From Acidobacteriota bacterium (GTDB lineage Bacteria > Acidobacteriota > Polarisedimenticolia > Gp22-AA2): a DNA stretch of 62,525 nucleotides. Location: positions 1 through 62,525 of the forward strand of contig JAGYID010000029.1 in NCBI GenBank assembly GCA_018606725.1. The letters are read 5' to 3'. Position 1 is the first letter of the stretch; each line of letters begins with the position of its first letter. Shown here piece by piece: positions 1 to 10,169 of this stretch. Made by a program: the position numbers and the translations under genes. The notes beneath the pieces were generated by a model, which saw only the letters and a program-made list of their open reading frames with translations, was not told where the DNA came from and did not search any database.

Positions 1-29
1 TATGTCGAATACGTTTCGGGTCCTCGCCG

Positions 30-94
30 CTGCGGGTGCCCGTCATGACGGCCATCTGCGCGGTCTCGCGACGAACCCCGGTGAGAAATCCGGG

Positions 95-98
<4 letters not shown>
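30..98. repeat. Probable end of a short palindromic interspersed repeat (REP/MITE-like) abutting a CTAG
   Basis: Hairpin CCCGG-TGAGAAAT-CCGGG is directly followed by CTAG (95-98), which supplies the stop codon of the adjacent minus-strand gene. An internal palindrome CCGTCATGACGG lies at 40-51. Only one copy is in the window and it may be cut by the window edge. Confidence 0.35.
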
Positions 99-1501
<1,403 letters not shown>

Positions 1502-1514
1502 GGCGCGAAATCCT

Positions 1515-3284
1515 TTATGCCGCGGGCGCCGCTCCGGCGATCGGCATCCTGACGAGAACCCGGGCGCCCCCCTCCGGGTCATTGTCCGCTTCGATGACGC
1601 CGCCGTGATCGAGCACGATGCGTCGGGCGATCGACAGGCCCAGGCCGGTGCCACCGGGTCGGGTGGAAAAGTACGGCTCGAACAGACGCAGGCGCGCTTC
1701 GTCGCTCAACCCCGGTCCGCTGTCGCGCACGGTCAGCGCCGCGACGCCGCCGCCGGCCCGCGTCGTCACCGTGACGACGCCGGCCCGGTCACCGACCGCC
1801 TGCAGGGCGTTGCCGACCAGATTGTTGATCACCTCGCCGAACAAGTCCGGATCGATCGGCAGCAGGGGCAGCGCCGGGTCGAGGTCGGCGACGATGCGCA
1901 CCCCCGAGCGATCGTCCCGATACAGACGCAGCACCGACTCGACGAGCCGGTTCAGGTCGGTCGGGCGCGGCTGCGGCGCCGGCAGGCGGCCGAAGCGGGA
2001 GAAGTCGTCGAGGACGCGGCGCATGCGGCGGATCTCCTCCTGGATGGTCTCGATCGCGAGTTCGAAGGCGGCGTCGAACTCGGCGGGTCGCACCTCCCGG
2101 GTCCGACGCAGTCCCTCCAGGGTCAGGGCGATCGGCGCGAGCGGATTCTTGATCTCGTGTGCCACCCGGCGTGCCACTTCTTCCGCCGCCGCCCGGCGCT
2201 CGGCCCGGCGCAGGCGCTCGCGGCTGTCACGCAGGGCCTCGACCATCCGGTTGAACGCCCGCGCCAGGTCGCCGACCTCGCCCGGTCCGCCGACCTCCGG
2301 CACCGCCTCGTAGCGCCCGCTGGCGATTTGCCCGGTCATGTCCTCCAGTTGTCGCAGCGGCCTGGTCACGCCGCGAGCCAGCGCCAGTGCGACGAGCAGC
2401 GAGACCGCAGCGCCGACCGCCATGACGCCGAGTGCCGCCCGGCCGAGCGAGCCGGACAGACGTTCGAACCGCTCCATCGACACCGCCGCCACCAGCGCCC
2501 CGAGGACCGTCCCGTCGCCGGCGCGCAGCCGGCGGGCGCGATAGCTGAAGGCCACGCCGCGGTCGGCGATGTCCCCGACGCTCTGATCGTCACCGCCCTC
2601 CCCCGCCCGGCGCAGCCGCGCCGCGACCTCCGGAGGCACCGGCAGCGGATCGTCCGGACGGCTGGCGGCGACGATGCCGCCGTCGCGGTCGAGCAGCAAC
2701 GCCTTGACCGCGCCGCCCGGCGACAGCCGGCGGAGGAAACCGGCGTCGAGGAGCCTCCCGCCGACCAGCTGAGTGCCGGGACCGTAGCCGGGCAGGGGTC
2801 GTCGCGCCTGCAGCGTCAGGGCGCGACCGACGCCCGGATCGATCTCATCCTCGACGATCGACGCCGCCGCTCCACCAAGCTGGCGCTTCACCTGGTCGAC
2901 CTGGCCGGCGCGACCGGGGGCCTGCCCGGACGACAGGGTGACCCCCTCCGGATCGAGGATGACGAGACAATCCAGCCCGGACGTCTCCAGCAAGCGGCCG
3001 GCATAGTCGCGCATGGCCGGCTGGCCGGGGGCGGGGCGGGACCGATCGGCGGCGATCGCTTCGGCGAGGATCTCCAACGCGTCGCGGACATCATCGCCTT
3101 CGCGGCGTACAGCGGCGTCGAACTCGGCGAGCGACTCGTCGATCCGCCCCCGGTCCTCGGCGCGCACGAGCGATCGAACCCGCTCGCGGATGAGCCAGAC
3201 GACGGCAGTCGGGGGGCCGACGCTCAGAACGAGCAGCAGAGCGGCGATGCGCGTCCGTAGGGAGGTGTTGGAAGGTCTCTTCAG
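1515..3284 (-). CDS. Membrane sensor histidine kinase (TM-periplasmic-TM-HAMP-HisKA-HATPase, NtrY-like)
   Basis: H-box AHEIKNPL, N-box NLVGNA, DSGPG, FEPYFST and GTGLGL, with a HAMP after TM2. TM1 (SLRTRIAALLLVLSVG) lies upstream of the ORF-track GTG at 3167, so I placed the start at CTG 3284, overlapping the hup stop. Confidence 0.88.
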   Translation of the reverse strand: MKRPSNTSLRTRIAALLLVLSVGPPTAVVWLIRERVRSLVRAEDRGRIDESLAEFDAAVRREGDDVRDALEILAEAIAADRSRPAPGQPAMRDYAGRLLETSGLDCLVILDPEGVTLSSGQAPGRAGQVDQVKRQLGGAAASIVEDEIDPGVGRALTLQARRPLPGYGPGTQLVGGRLLDAGFLRRLSPGGAVKALLLDRDGGIVAASRPDDPLPVPPEVAARLRRAGEGGDDQSVGDIADRGVAFSYRARRLRAGDGTVLGALVAAVSMERFERLSGSLGRAALGVMAVGAAVSLLVALALARGVTRPLRQLEDMTGQIASGRYEAVPEVGGPGEVGDLARAFNRMVEALRDSRERLRRAERRAAAEEVARRVAHEIKNPLAPIALTLEGLRRTREVRPAEFDAAFELAIETIQEEIRRMRRVLDDFSRFGRLPAPQPRPTDLNRLVESVLRLYRDDRSGVRIVADLDPALPLLPIDPDLFGEVINNLVGNALQAVGDRAGVVTVTTRAGGGVAALTVRDSGPGLSDEARLRLFEPYFSTRPGGTGLGLSIARRIVLDHGGVIEADNDPEGGARVLVRMPIAGAAPAA

Positions 3285-3553
3285 CGGACCTCGGCCTTGA
3301 GGCTCTTGCCCACGGTGAAGCGTACGACGCGGCGGGTCGGGATCTTGATCGGCGCGCCGGTTTGCGGATTGCGCCCGGTGCGCGCCCGTCGTCGCGCGAC
3401 GGTGAAGGTGCCGAAGCCAACCAGGCTCGCCCGGTCCCCCTTCTTCAACGACCGGCTGATGTGCCCCAGCATCGAATCAACGACGCGTCCCGCCTGCACT
3501 TTGGTCATGCGCGTGTCCCGCGCGACTCGGTGGACCAGCTCGGCCTTGTTCAT
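3281..3553 (-). CDS. hup: HU family DNA-binding protein
   Basis: MNKAELV...GFGTF...RTGRNPQTG signature. SD AGGAGGTG lies upstream of the ATG at 3553. Confidence 0.96.
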   Translation of the reverse strand: MNKAELVHRVARDTRMTKVQAGRVVDSMLGHISRSLKKGDRASLVGFGTFTVARRRARTGRNPQTGAPIKIPTRRVVRFTVGKSLKAEVR

Positions 3554-3619
3554 CAAGGCACCTCCTGGCTCGTGGTTCCTGGATCGGAAAAGTCAGGGCT
3601 CTCGATCAGTGTTGCCGCG

Positions 3620-3649
3620 CTTATAGCAAATGCGCCGAGAATCTGTCAA
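3620..3649 (-). promoter_or_regulatory. Sigma70-type promoter for the hup-HK-RR operon
   Basis: TTGACA-18 nt-TATAAG on the minus strand, with TG one base upstream of the -10. Confidence 0.65.
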
Positions 3650-3765
3650 TGCACCGAGCGTGAGTTGTCGTGAGTGCGGCGGGTGTGAGCCGCCAGGCGG
3701 GCTATAATGCCGCACCGGCGGGTCTTCCCCCCGCCGTTTCCGAGGGGTGGCGGTTGTCGACGCTC

Positions 3766-4632
3766 ATGCAGATCGAGTTGCCACGCCGGCAGCGCGGGCG
3801 GGCCGCCGCGGCGGCCGGCCCCAATTTGATGAAACTGCTGGCACGCCGGGTCGGGCGGGCGATCCAGGACTACGGCCTGATCGCGGACGGCGACCGTATC
3901 CTGTGCGGCATGTCGGGCGGCAAGGATTCCTACGCCATGCTGCACGTGCTCGATCACCTGCGCCGCCGCGCGCCGGTGCGCTTCGAGCTGGTCGCCGTGA
4001 CCGTCGATCAGGGCTATCGGGGCTTCCAGGTCGAGGCGCTGGAAGCGTACTTCAAGGAGAAGGGCTACGAGCACCACATCGAGCGGACCAACATCGCCGA
4101 GGTCATCGACGACACCATGCCGCTCGGCGACACGCATTGCTCGATGTGCGCCCGCCTGCGGCGCGGCGTGTTGTACCGGCTCGCCGGCCAGCTCCGCTGC
4201 AACAAGATCGCCCTCGGCCACCACGCCGACGATTTACTGGAGACGCTGTTGATGAGCCAGTTCTTCAACGGCGAGATCTGCTCCATGCCGCCTGTCCTGA
4301 AGGCGCGCGATGGCCGCAACACCGTCATCCGACCGCTGTGCTACGTCTGGGAGGACGAGATCAGGAAGTTCACGACCCAGGAGGGTTTCCCGGTGATCTG
4401 TTGCGCCTGCCCGGCCTGCGGCGATCACTCGTTGCAGCGGACCCGGATGAAGACGCTCCTCGCCAAGCTGGAGTCCGAGCACCCGGGCATCAAGAATTCC
4501 CTGCTGCGGTCCCTCTCCAACATCCGGCTCAACCACCTGCTCGACCCGCGTTGGCTCGAGGGCGGTGCGCCGGCGCCAGCCGGGGCGCCGATTCGGTCCG
4601 CGGACGAGCGATCGCACACACCGGAAGGATAA
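3766..4632 (+). CDS. ttcA: tRNA 2-thiocytidine(32) synthetase TtcA
   Basis: PP-loop SGGKDS, CSMCARLRRG, KIALGHHADD, VIRPL and a C-terminal CCACPAC Fe-S motif. TATAAT at 3703-3708 suggests the start is ATG 3766 rather than 3670. Confidence 0.93.
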   Translation: MQIELPRRQRGRAAAAAGPNLMKLLARRVGRAIQDYGLIADGDRILCGMSGGKDSYAMLHVLDHLRRRAPVRFELVAVTVDQGYRGFQVEALEAYFKEKGYEHHIERTNIAEVIDDTMPLGDTHCSMCARLRRGVLYRLAGQLRCNKIALGHHADDLLETLLMSQFFNGEICSMPPVLKARDGRNTVIRPLCYVWEDEIRKFTTQEGFPVICCACPACGDHSLQRTRMKTLLAKLESEHPGIKNSLLRSLSNIRLNHLLDPRWLEGGAPAPAGAPIRSADERSHTPEG

Positions 4633-4668
4633 AAAAAGGGGGCGGCGGAGAACCCGTTCCGCCGCCCC
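4631..4668 (-). terminator. Intrinsic terminator with its U-tract on the minus strand, possibly bidirectional
   Basis: Perfect 11-bp stem GGGGCGGCGGA/TCCGCCGCCCC next to an A7 run on + (U7 on -). Confidence 0.8.
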
Positions 4669-4800
4669 GACACGGGCGGGCGAACCCGCTCGTGGGAGGG
4701 AGCTTGAAGCGGCCGCCGTTCCGGGTCACGCCCCGGCTCGCCGCAAACCAGAACGCCACGTCCCGGGACGGCGGCCGATGTCTTGTTGCGTCGGCGCGGT
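4631..4800 (-). ncRNA. Candidate structured small RNA of about 170 nt, family unknown
   Basis: Three stacked hairpins (4711-4776, 4671-4694, 4639-4668), an unpaired CUCCCUCC on -, promoter-like TTGACA/TTGACG boxes at 4825-4845 on -, and no credible ORF. Confidence 0.4.
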
Positions 4801-4967
4801 CTTGCTATTGCGACATGAACCTACCGTCAAATTTGTAATTGTCAACATGAAAAACATTCAGGTCATTTCTTCGACCCGGCCCTTTGATTCCTCCCCAGGC
4901 ATGAGAAGCGTGGATGGTGTGCATTTGCGGCCGGGAGACTTGTTATAAGAGCAATACAGGACGGAAC

Positions 4968-6227
4968 TTACTGCTCGAACCGCAGCGCCGTCGCGGCCGA
5001 GATCTCCGGCAGCGCGACGAGGTCGGACGCCAGGTCCCGCAGCACGGCGTGGACCTCATAGCGCCCGGCGGCGAGCACCGGCCCCGCCACAAATTCGCGC
5101 CGCAGCATCTCCCCCGGCCCGAGATCCACCAGCACCGCCACGATGTCGACCGCCGTCGCGCCCGGGGAATGGGCCTCCGACCTCGCGATCGAGGGGTCAT
5201 CACGCCGGGCCGCCGGTCCGGAGGAGGCGCTCTCCCCGGATGTCGTTCCGGGCCGGGATGATGTCTGTTTCCCGGCCGGCCGGCTGCCCGGGGGCGACGG
5301 GGTCGGTGCCGGGACGATCCGGATCAGTCTGACCCCGGGGCCGCCGGGATCGGGGGCGATCGCCAGCCTGCGGCGCGAGACGTTCTGCACTTCCAGAACG
5401 CAGGAGATCTGGTCGCCCACTCTGGGCGGCTCCTCCGGATTGCAGGAGACCTTCGCCTGCAGATCGGCAGGGCCTCTGTCGAACGCACCACGCAACGTAG
5501 TTGCCGCCAGCGCGCCGCACAGGGCAAGCGTCCTGAACGCTTCAGTCCTCGCCGCGCCGTCGTCGCGCGCCAGCGCGGCGCGAGCCAGGGCGATCCCCGA
5601 TTGCGTCCACTCGTCACCCGGATCGTCGCGATGCAGGTCGTACCAGCCTTTCCAGTCGGCGACCGCCACCGGTCGCGCCGCGGAAGAAGCGAGCGGACCA
5701 TCGTGGAAGGAATGGCAGGTCAGCCCGACCAGCGCGTCGTGGGCGAGCCTGCCGATCGTCGTCGTCCGATCGTCCCGGATGATCCGGCGCCGGTCGCCCA
5801 GGCGCTCGATCAGGTACGGCACCGCCTCACGGAGTCGCTGGCGCCTGGCAGCATGGATCAGCGCCTCGACGACCCAGGGGCTCCGGTCGCCCAGGAACGG
5901 ACGATAGGAGGTGAAATCGGCGCATCCGCCGGCGTCGAGGGCACGGACGGCGTTCTCCCGAACGCGGTCACTGGAATATGTCGCCAGCCGGCCGAGAGTG
6001 CCGCACGGGTCGGAGAGCTTCGCCAGTTCGGTCTCTATGAACGGGCGCTGCGCTTCGAAATCGTCGTCGAGGAGAAGCGTGATGAGGGTCTCGAGCGGCC
6101 CTGCCGCCGCCGGCCCGGACCTCGCGGCGGTCGCCGGGACCGCCGCAGCCGTCACGGTCAACCAGCAGATCCAGCAGATTAGCCCGATCCAATAACCCGT
6201 ACGGCGCTCGGACCGGGAGGCTCTCAT
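4968..6227 (-). CDS. Exported HEAT-repeat protein with a C-terminal beta-rich domain
   Basis: N-terminal hydrophobic signal (YWIGLICWICWLTVTAAA) and HEAT-like repeats (DRVRENAVRAL, PWVVEALI, AVPYLIERLGD). Start is uncertain (6227 or 6263). Confidence 0.65.
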   Translation of the reverse strand: MRASRSERRTGYWIGLICWICWLTVTAAAVPATAARSGPAAAGPLETLITLLLDDDFEAQRPFIETELAKLSDPCGTLGRLATYSSDRVRENAVRALDAGGCADFTSYRPFLGDRSPWVVEALIHAARRQRLREAVPYLIERLGDRRRIIRDDRTTTIGRLAHDALVGLTCHSFHDGPLASSAARPVAVADWKGWYDLHRDDPGDEWTQSGIALARAALARDDGAARTEAFRTLALCGALAATTLRGAFDRGPADLQAKVSCNPEEPPRVGDQISCVLEVQNVSRRRLAIAPDPGGPGVRLIRIVPAPTPSPPGSRPAGKQTSSRPGTTSGESASSGPAARRDDPSIARSEAHSPGATAVDIVAVLVDLGPGEMLRREFVAGPVLAAGRYEVHAVLRDLASDLVALPEISAATALRFEQ

Positions 6228-6334
6228 CAGCCAGTCCGGTCCGCGCCGGATACCTTTTTGCATTTCACCCTTGCGTCAAGTGATTGGCGGTCACTATATA
6301 TGGCTGCGGAGCGAAGGGACAAGGGCCCGTTTTC

Positions 6335-6363
6335 TTGACGCTCCCGGGACCGTGTGTTAGATT
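6335..6363 (+). promoter_or_regulatory. Sigma70-type promoter of the bactofilin operon
   Basis: TTGACG-17 nt-TAGATT. Confidence 0.6.
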
Positions 6364-6370
6364 CCCGCGC

Positions 6371-6500
6371 ACCCTGAACGTGCGCATGCGGTTCCGAGTG
6401 ACTCTTTAGGGGAGCATCGGCTCCCGCGTCACCTTCCCGCAGCCGCCCGGTTGCCCCGGTCGGCGGTTTGATGCCTGCCCTCCCTGGATCGTTCAGGGCA
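6371..6500 (+). promoter_or_regulatory. Structured 5' leader, candidate cis-regulatory RNA
   Basis: Closing stem CCCTGAACG/CGTTCAGGG (6372-6380/6490-6498) encloses several nested hairpins. Confidence 0.4.
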
Positions 6501-6567
6501 GCAGCCTCATCGCGCGGGAAGACAACGATCCCCCGGAGCAATCCGGGTTTTCCTAAGGAGGTCCTGC

Positions 6568-7083
6568 ATGTGGGATAAGAGAGACAATGCCGGCCAGCCA
6601 GGAGCGACGTCCGTGAGCCCGAGCTACTCGTCCGATCCGGTGAAGTCGTCCGCCCGCCTGACGAACATCAACATCGGTCCCTCGATCCAGATCAAGGGCG
6701 AGCTCCAGGGCGACGAGGATCTGACCATCGATGGCCGCATCGAGGGGAAAATCGATCTGCGGGATCACAACCTGACGATCGGGCCGAACGGCAAGATCAA
6801 GGCGGACCTTTACGCCAACACGATCATCATCGCCGGCGATGTGACCGGCAACGCCTTCGCGGCCGAGCGCGTCGAGATCGCTCCGACCGGCCGCCTGACC
6901 GGCGACATCGCCTCGCCCCGCATCACCATCGCCGATGGCGCCCACTTCAAGGGCAGCGTCGACATGGAGCGGGCCAACGAAGCCGCGCGTCGGACCGCCG
7001 GCGCCGCCAAGACCGAGACAACCGGCCGCCTGCCGGAGGTCAAAGACACGGCATTCAAGACGTCACAGCCGCCGCGGGTCTGA
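6568..7083 (+). CDS. Bactofilin (CcmA-like polymer-forming cytoskeletal protein)
   Basis: Beta-helix pattern IGPSIQIKGELQGDEDLTIDGRIEGKI...ITIADGAHFKGSVDM. SD AAGGAGG. Confidence 0.95.
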   Translation: MWDKRDNAGQPGATSVSPSYSSDPVKSSARLTNINIGPSIQIKGELQGDEDLTIDGRIEGKIDLRDHNLTIGPNGKIKADLYANTIIIAGDVTGNAFAAERVEIAPTGRLTGDIASPRITIADGAHFKGSVDMERANEAARRTAGAAKTETTGRLPEVKDTAFKTSQPPRV

Positions 7084-7163
7084 AGACGCCCGGCGCCGAA
7101 ACCGGTCCCGCCCGGGGTCGCCGACTCCGGGCGGGGCCGAGCCGGCCACCTCCGGGTTCATCG

Positions 7164-8279
7164 ATGCTGCACTTCTTCACCAGAAAAGAGGGCAAGGACA
7201 AGGCCGATACGCAGCGTTCCCCGGCCCTCGCCCTGACCTCGTACATCCTCCCGAAGTTCCTGAAGCGCCTCGCCCCCCGGCAAAAGCCGTACGTCCTCGA
7301 CCTCGGCCCCTTGAGTGGACCCAACATCGAGTTCTTCGCCCATCTTGGTTTCAAGATCCGGGTGGAGGATCTCCTGTCCCCGGTCCCGGACGACCGGGCC
7401 TCCGGAGAGAACTCCGCGCCGGAGTCCGCCGCCGCGATGGAGACGGCCGCCGCGCCTGCCGACATCGCGGCCCCCCTGCCGCTGGAGCAGGAGGCACCCG
7501 CGCCGGCGCGAGCCGCCGCGCCGCCGGCAGCCATGCCTGCCGCCGGACGAGCCGGCGCGGTCGAGGCGGGCGCGTTCCTCGGGGGCGCCGCCGTCCAGGC
7601 GGTCCAGCCGGACGGCGTGCCGCCTGCCGCCAGGACCTCCGGGCCGGCACCCGCCGTCGGCGCCGGCGGCGGGGCGTCGGCGGCGGGCGCGCCGTCGTTG
7701 ACCCGGCCGGGTGCGCGTCCGAGCCGCAGGATCGTTCTGCCGCCGCGTACTTTCCCCCGTCATGACGCAGGGCAGGGGTCGGCGCATCCCGGCCGCGGCG
7801 TCAGCAGGGGTGCGACCGGCGCGGCCGCGGCCGCGCCGGCGGTCCGGCTGCAGACGTCCTTCCCGTATCCCGACGAAACCTTCGACGCGGTGATCGCCTG
7901 GGACCTGTTCAATTTCTACGACCCGGCGTCGGTCCGGCTGATTGCCGCGGAGACGCGCCGCATCCTGAAGCCGGGCGGCTACGTCCTGGCATATTTCCAC
8001 GCCCGGCAGGCGTCCGGGCCGGACACACCGCGGCGCTTCCGGGTCGTCGATGAGCGTCACCTGGTCGCCGAGGCGGGGGCGGCGGCGGCGCAGCCGCGGC
8101 ACGTGTACCAGAATCGCGACATCGAAAAGATGTTCGCCGGGCTGGCCATCGTCGAGCTGTACTTCCTGAAGAACTCGCTGCGCGAGCTCCTCATGGAGAA
8201 GCGGACCGGAGTCCAAACGCGGTCGAAGCCGCTCGTCGGCCCGGCCGCGCCGAAGCCGCCGCGTTTCACCATCGAGTAA
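7164..8279 (+). CDS. Class I SAM-methyltransferase-like protein with a long Ala/Pro-rich insertion
   Basis: Motif-I-like VLDLGP, followed after about 160 aa of low complexity by FPYPDETFDAVIAWD and ILKPGG. Confidence 0.7.
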   Translation: MLHFFTRKEGKDKADTQRSPALALTSYILPKFLKRLAPRQKPYVLDLGPLSGPNIEFFAHLGFKIRVEDLLSPVPDDRASGENSAPESAAAMETAAAPADIAAPLPLEQEAPAPARAAAPPAAMPAAGRAGAVEAGAFLGGAAVQAVQPDGVPPAARTSGPAPAVGAGGGASAAGAPSLTRPGARPSRRIVLPPRTFPRHDAGQGSAHPGRGVSRGATGAAAAAPAVRLQTSFPYPDETFDAVIAWDLFNFYDPASVRLIAAETRRILKPGGYVLAYFHARQASGPDTPRRFRVVDERHLVAEAGAAAAQPRHVYQNRDIEKMFAGLAIVELYFLKNSLRELLMEKRTGVQTRSKPLVGPAAPKPPRFTIE

Positions 8280-8321
8280 TTACCCGCGATCGAGTAAAAT
8301 CTGCAGTTTCCGGGGGACATC

Positions 8322-10169
8322 GTGAGCGTCCATCTGCGCCGCGCGGATATCCGCAACATCGCCATCATCGCCCACGTCGATCACGGTAAGACGACGCTGG
8401 TCGACCGCCTGTTGCAGCAGACGGGCACCTTCCGGGCCAACGAGCGGCTGGTCGAGCGGGTCATGGACAGCAACGACCTGGAGCGCGAGCGCGGCATCAC
8501 CATCCTGTCGAAGAACACCTCCATCCACTACAACGGCGTGAAGATCAACATTGTCGACACCCCCGGCCACGCCGACTTCGGCGGCGAGGTGGAGCGCATC
8601 CTCGGCATGGTCGACGGCGTGCTGCTGCTGGTGGACGCCGCCGAGGGGCCCCTGCCGCAGACCCGGTTCGTGTTGAAGAAGTCGCTCGAGCTCGGGCTGA
8701 GGCCGATCGTCGTGATCAACAAGATCGACCGCTCCGACGCCCGGCCGCACCAGGTCCTCGACGAGGTCTTCCAGCTGATGCTCAACCTCGGGGCGGCGGA
8801 CGAGCAGCTCGACTTCCCGCATCTGTACGCCTCGGCCAAGCTGGGCTACGCGCGGCGCGAATTGGAGCACACCGACACCGACGTCCGGCCGCTGCTCGAC
8901 ACCATCCTGAAGGAAGTGCCGCACCCGCCGGGCGACGCCGCCGCCCCGCTGCAGCTCCAGATGACCACGCTCGACTACAACGATTACGTCGGACGCATCG
9001 CCATCGGACGGGTTTTCCGCGGCACCATCCGGCAGAACGCGCCGATCGCACTGTTGAAGCTGGACGGCACGGCGCAGGCCTGGAAGGTGACGCGCCTGGA
9101 GACCTTCGAGGGGCTGAAGCGGGCGCCGGTCGATGAGGCGGCCGCCGGCGAGATCGTCGCCGTCGCCGGCATCCCGGAGATCCAGATCGGCGAAACAATC
9201 ACCGACCCGAACGCCCAGGACGCCCTGCCGCCGATCCGGGTGGACGAGCCGACGATCTCGATGGACTTCGTGGTCAACGACTCGCCGTTCGCCGGTCAGG
9301 TTGGCCGGTTCGTCACCTCCCGCCATCTGCGCGAGCGGCTGCAGAAGGAGGCGCGCGCCAACGTGGCGCTGCGCGTCGAGGAGACCGACAGCCCCGATAC
9401 CTTCAAGGTCTCGGGACGCGGCGAGCTGCACCTGGCGATCCTCGCCGAGACGATGCGCCGCGAGGGGTACGAGTTCCAGCTGGCGCGGCCCCAGGTCATC
9501 TTCCGCAAGGACGCGCAGGGACGGACGCTCGAGCCGATCGAGTACCTGGTGCTGGACCTCGAGGAGGCGTACCGCGGCCGGGTGATGGAGATGCTCGGCT
9601 CCCGGCGGGCCGAAATGGCCGACATGATCGGCGCCGGGACCGGGCGGATCCGGTTGGAATTCACCGTGCCGGCGCGGGGGCTGCTCGGCTTCCGGCGCGA
9701 GTTCCTCACCGAGACCCGCGGCACCGGGATCATGTCGCACGTCTTCCATGAGTACGGGTCGTACCGCGGTGACATCGCGGCCCGCAATCGAGGCGCGCTC
9801 GTCGTCAAGGAGCCGGGCGTCACCGTGACCTTCGCCCTGCACAACCTCGAGGATCGCGGCACGCTGTTCTGCGGTCCGGGGCTGCCGGTGTACGAGGGGA
9901 TGATCGTCGGCGAGCACTCGCGCGATACCGACCTGGTCGTCAACCCCTGCAAGAAGAAGCACCTGACCAACATGCGCGCCTCGACCTCCGACGACACCAT
10001 CCGCCTGACGCCGGCGCGCGTCATGTCGCTCGAGGACTGCATCGAGTTCCTCGCCGACGACGAACTGGTCGAGGTCACTCCCAAGACCACGCGGCTGCGC
10101 AAGCGGCTGTTGTCGGCCCACGGTCGCAAGCGCGATGAGAAGGCGCGCGCCGAGGTGACCGCCCCTTGA
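8322..10169 (+). CDS. typA: Translational GTPase TypA/BipA
   Basis: [42 protein letters not shown] and the BipA C-terminal KHLTNMRA...DELVEVTP. Confidence 0.98.
   Translation: MSVHLRRADIRNIAIIAHVDHGKTTLVDRLLQQTGTFRANERLVERVMDSNDLERERGITILSKNTSIHYNGVKINIVDTPGHADFGGEVERILGMVDGVLLLVDAAEGPLPQTRFVLKKSLELGLRPIVVINKIDRSDARPHQVLDEVFQLMLNLGAADEQLDFPHLYASAKLGYARRELEHTDTDVRPLLDTILKEVPHPPGDAAAPLQLQMTTLDYNDYVGRIAIGRVFRGTIRQNAPIALLKLDGTAQAWKVTRLETFEGLKRAPVDEAAAGEIVAVAGIPEIQIGETITDPNAQDALPPIRVDEPTISMDFVVNDSPFAGQVGRFVTSRHLRERLQKEARANVALRVEETDSPDTFKVSGRGELHLAILAETMRREGYEFQLARPQVIFRKDAQGRTLEPIEYLVLDLEEAYRGRVMEMLGSRRAEMADMIGAGTGRIRLEFTVPARGLLGFRREFLTETRGTGIMSHVFHEYGSYRGDIAARNRGALVVKEPGVTVTFALHNLEDRGTLFCGPGLPVYEGMIVGEHSRDTDLVVNPCKKKHLTNMRASTSDDTIRLTPARVMSLEDCIEFLADDELVEVTPKTTRLRKRLLSAHGRKRDEKARAEVTAP

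Noticed and set aside
4631-4800. 6S RNA, tRNA or SRP RNA identity for the structured intergenic region
   Set aside because: It consists of consecutive hairpins rather than one long rod with a central bubble. There is no cloverleaf or TTCGA loop and no SRP domain-IV motif.
6405-6500. yybP-ykoY or c-di-GMP riboswitch match (GGGGAG, CCUAAA-like words)
   Set aside because: The other required consensus elements (CAUUAC-like loop and GAGACC; GGCAAACC/GACGCAAAG) are absent.
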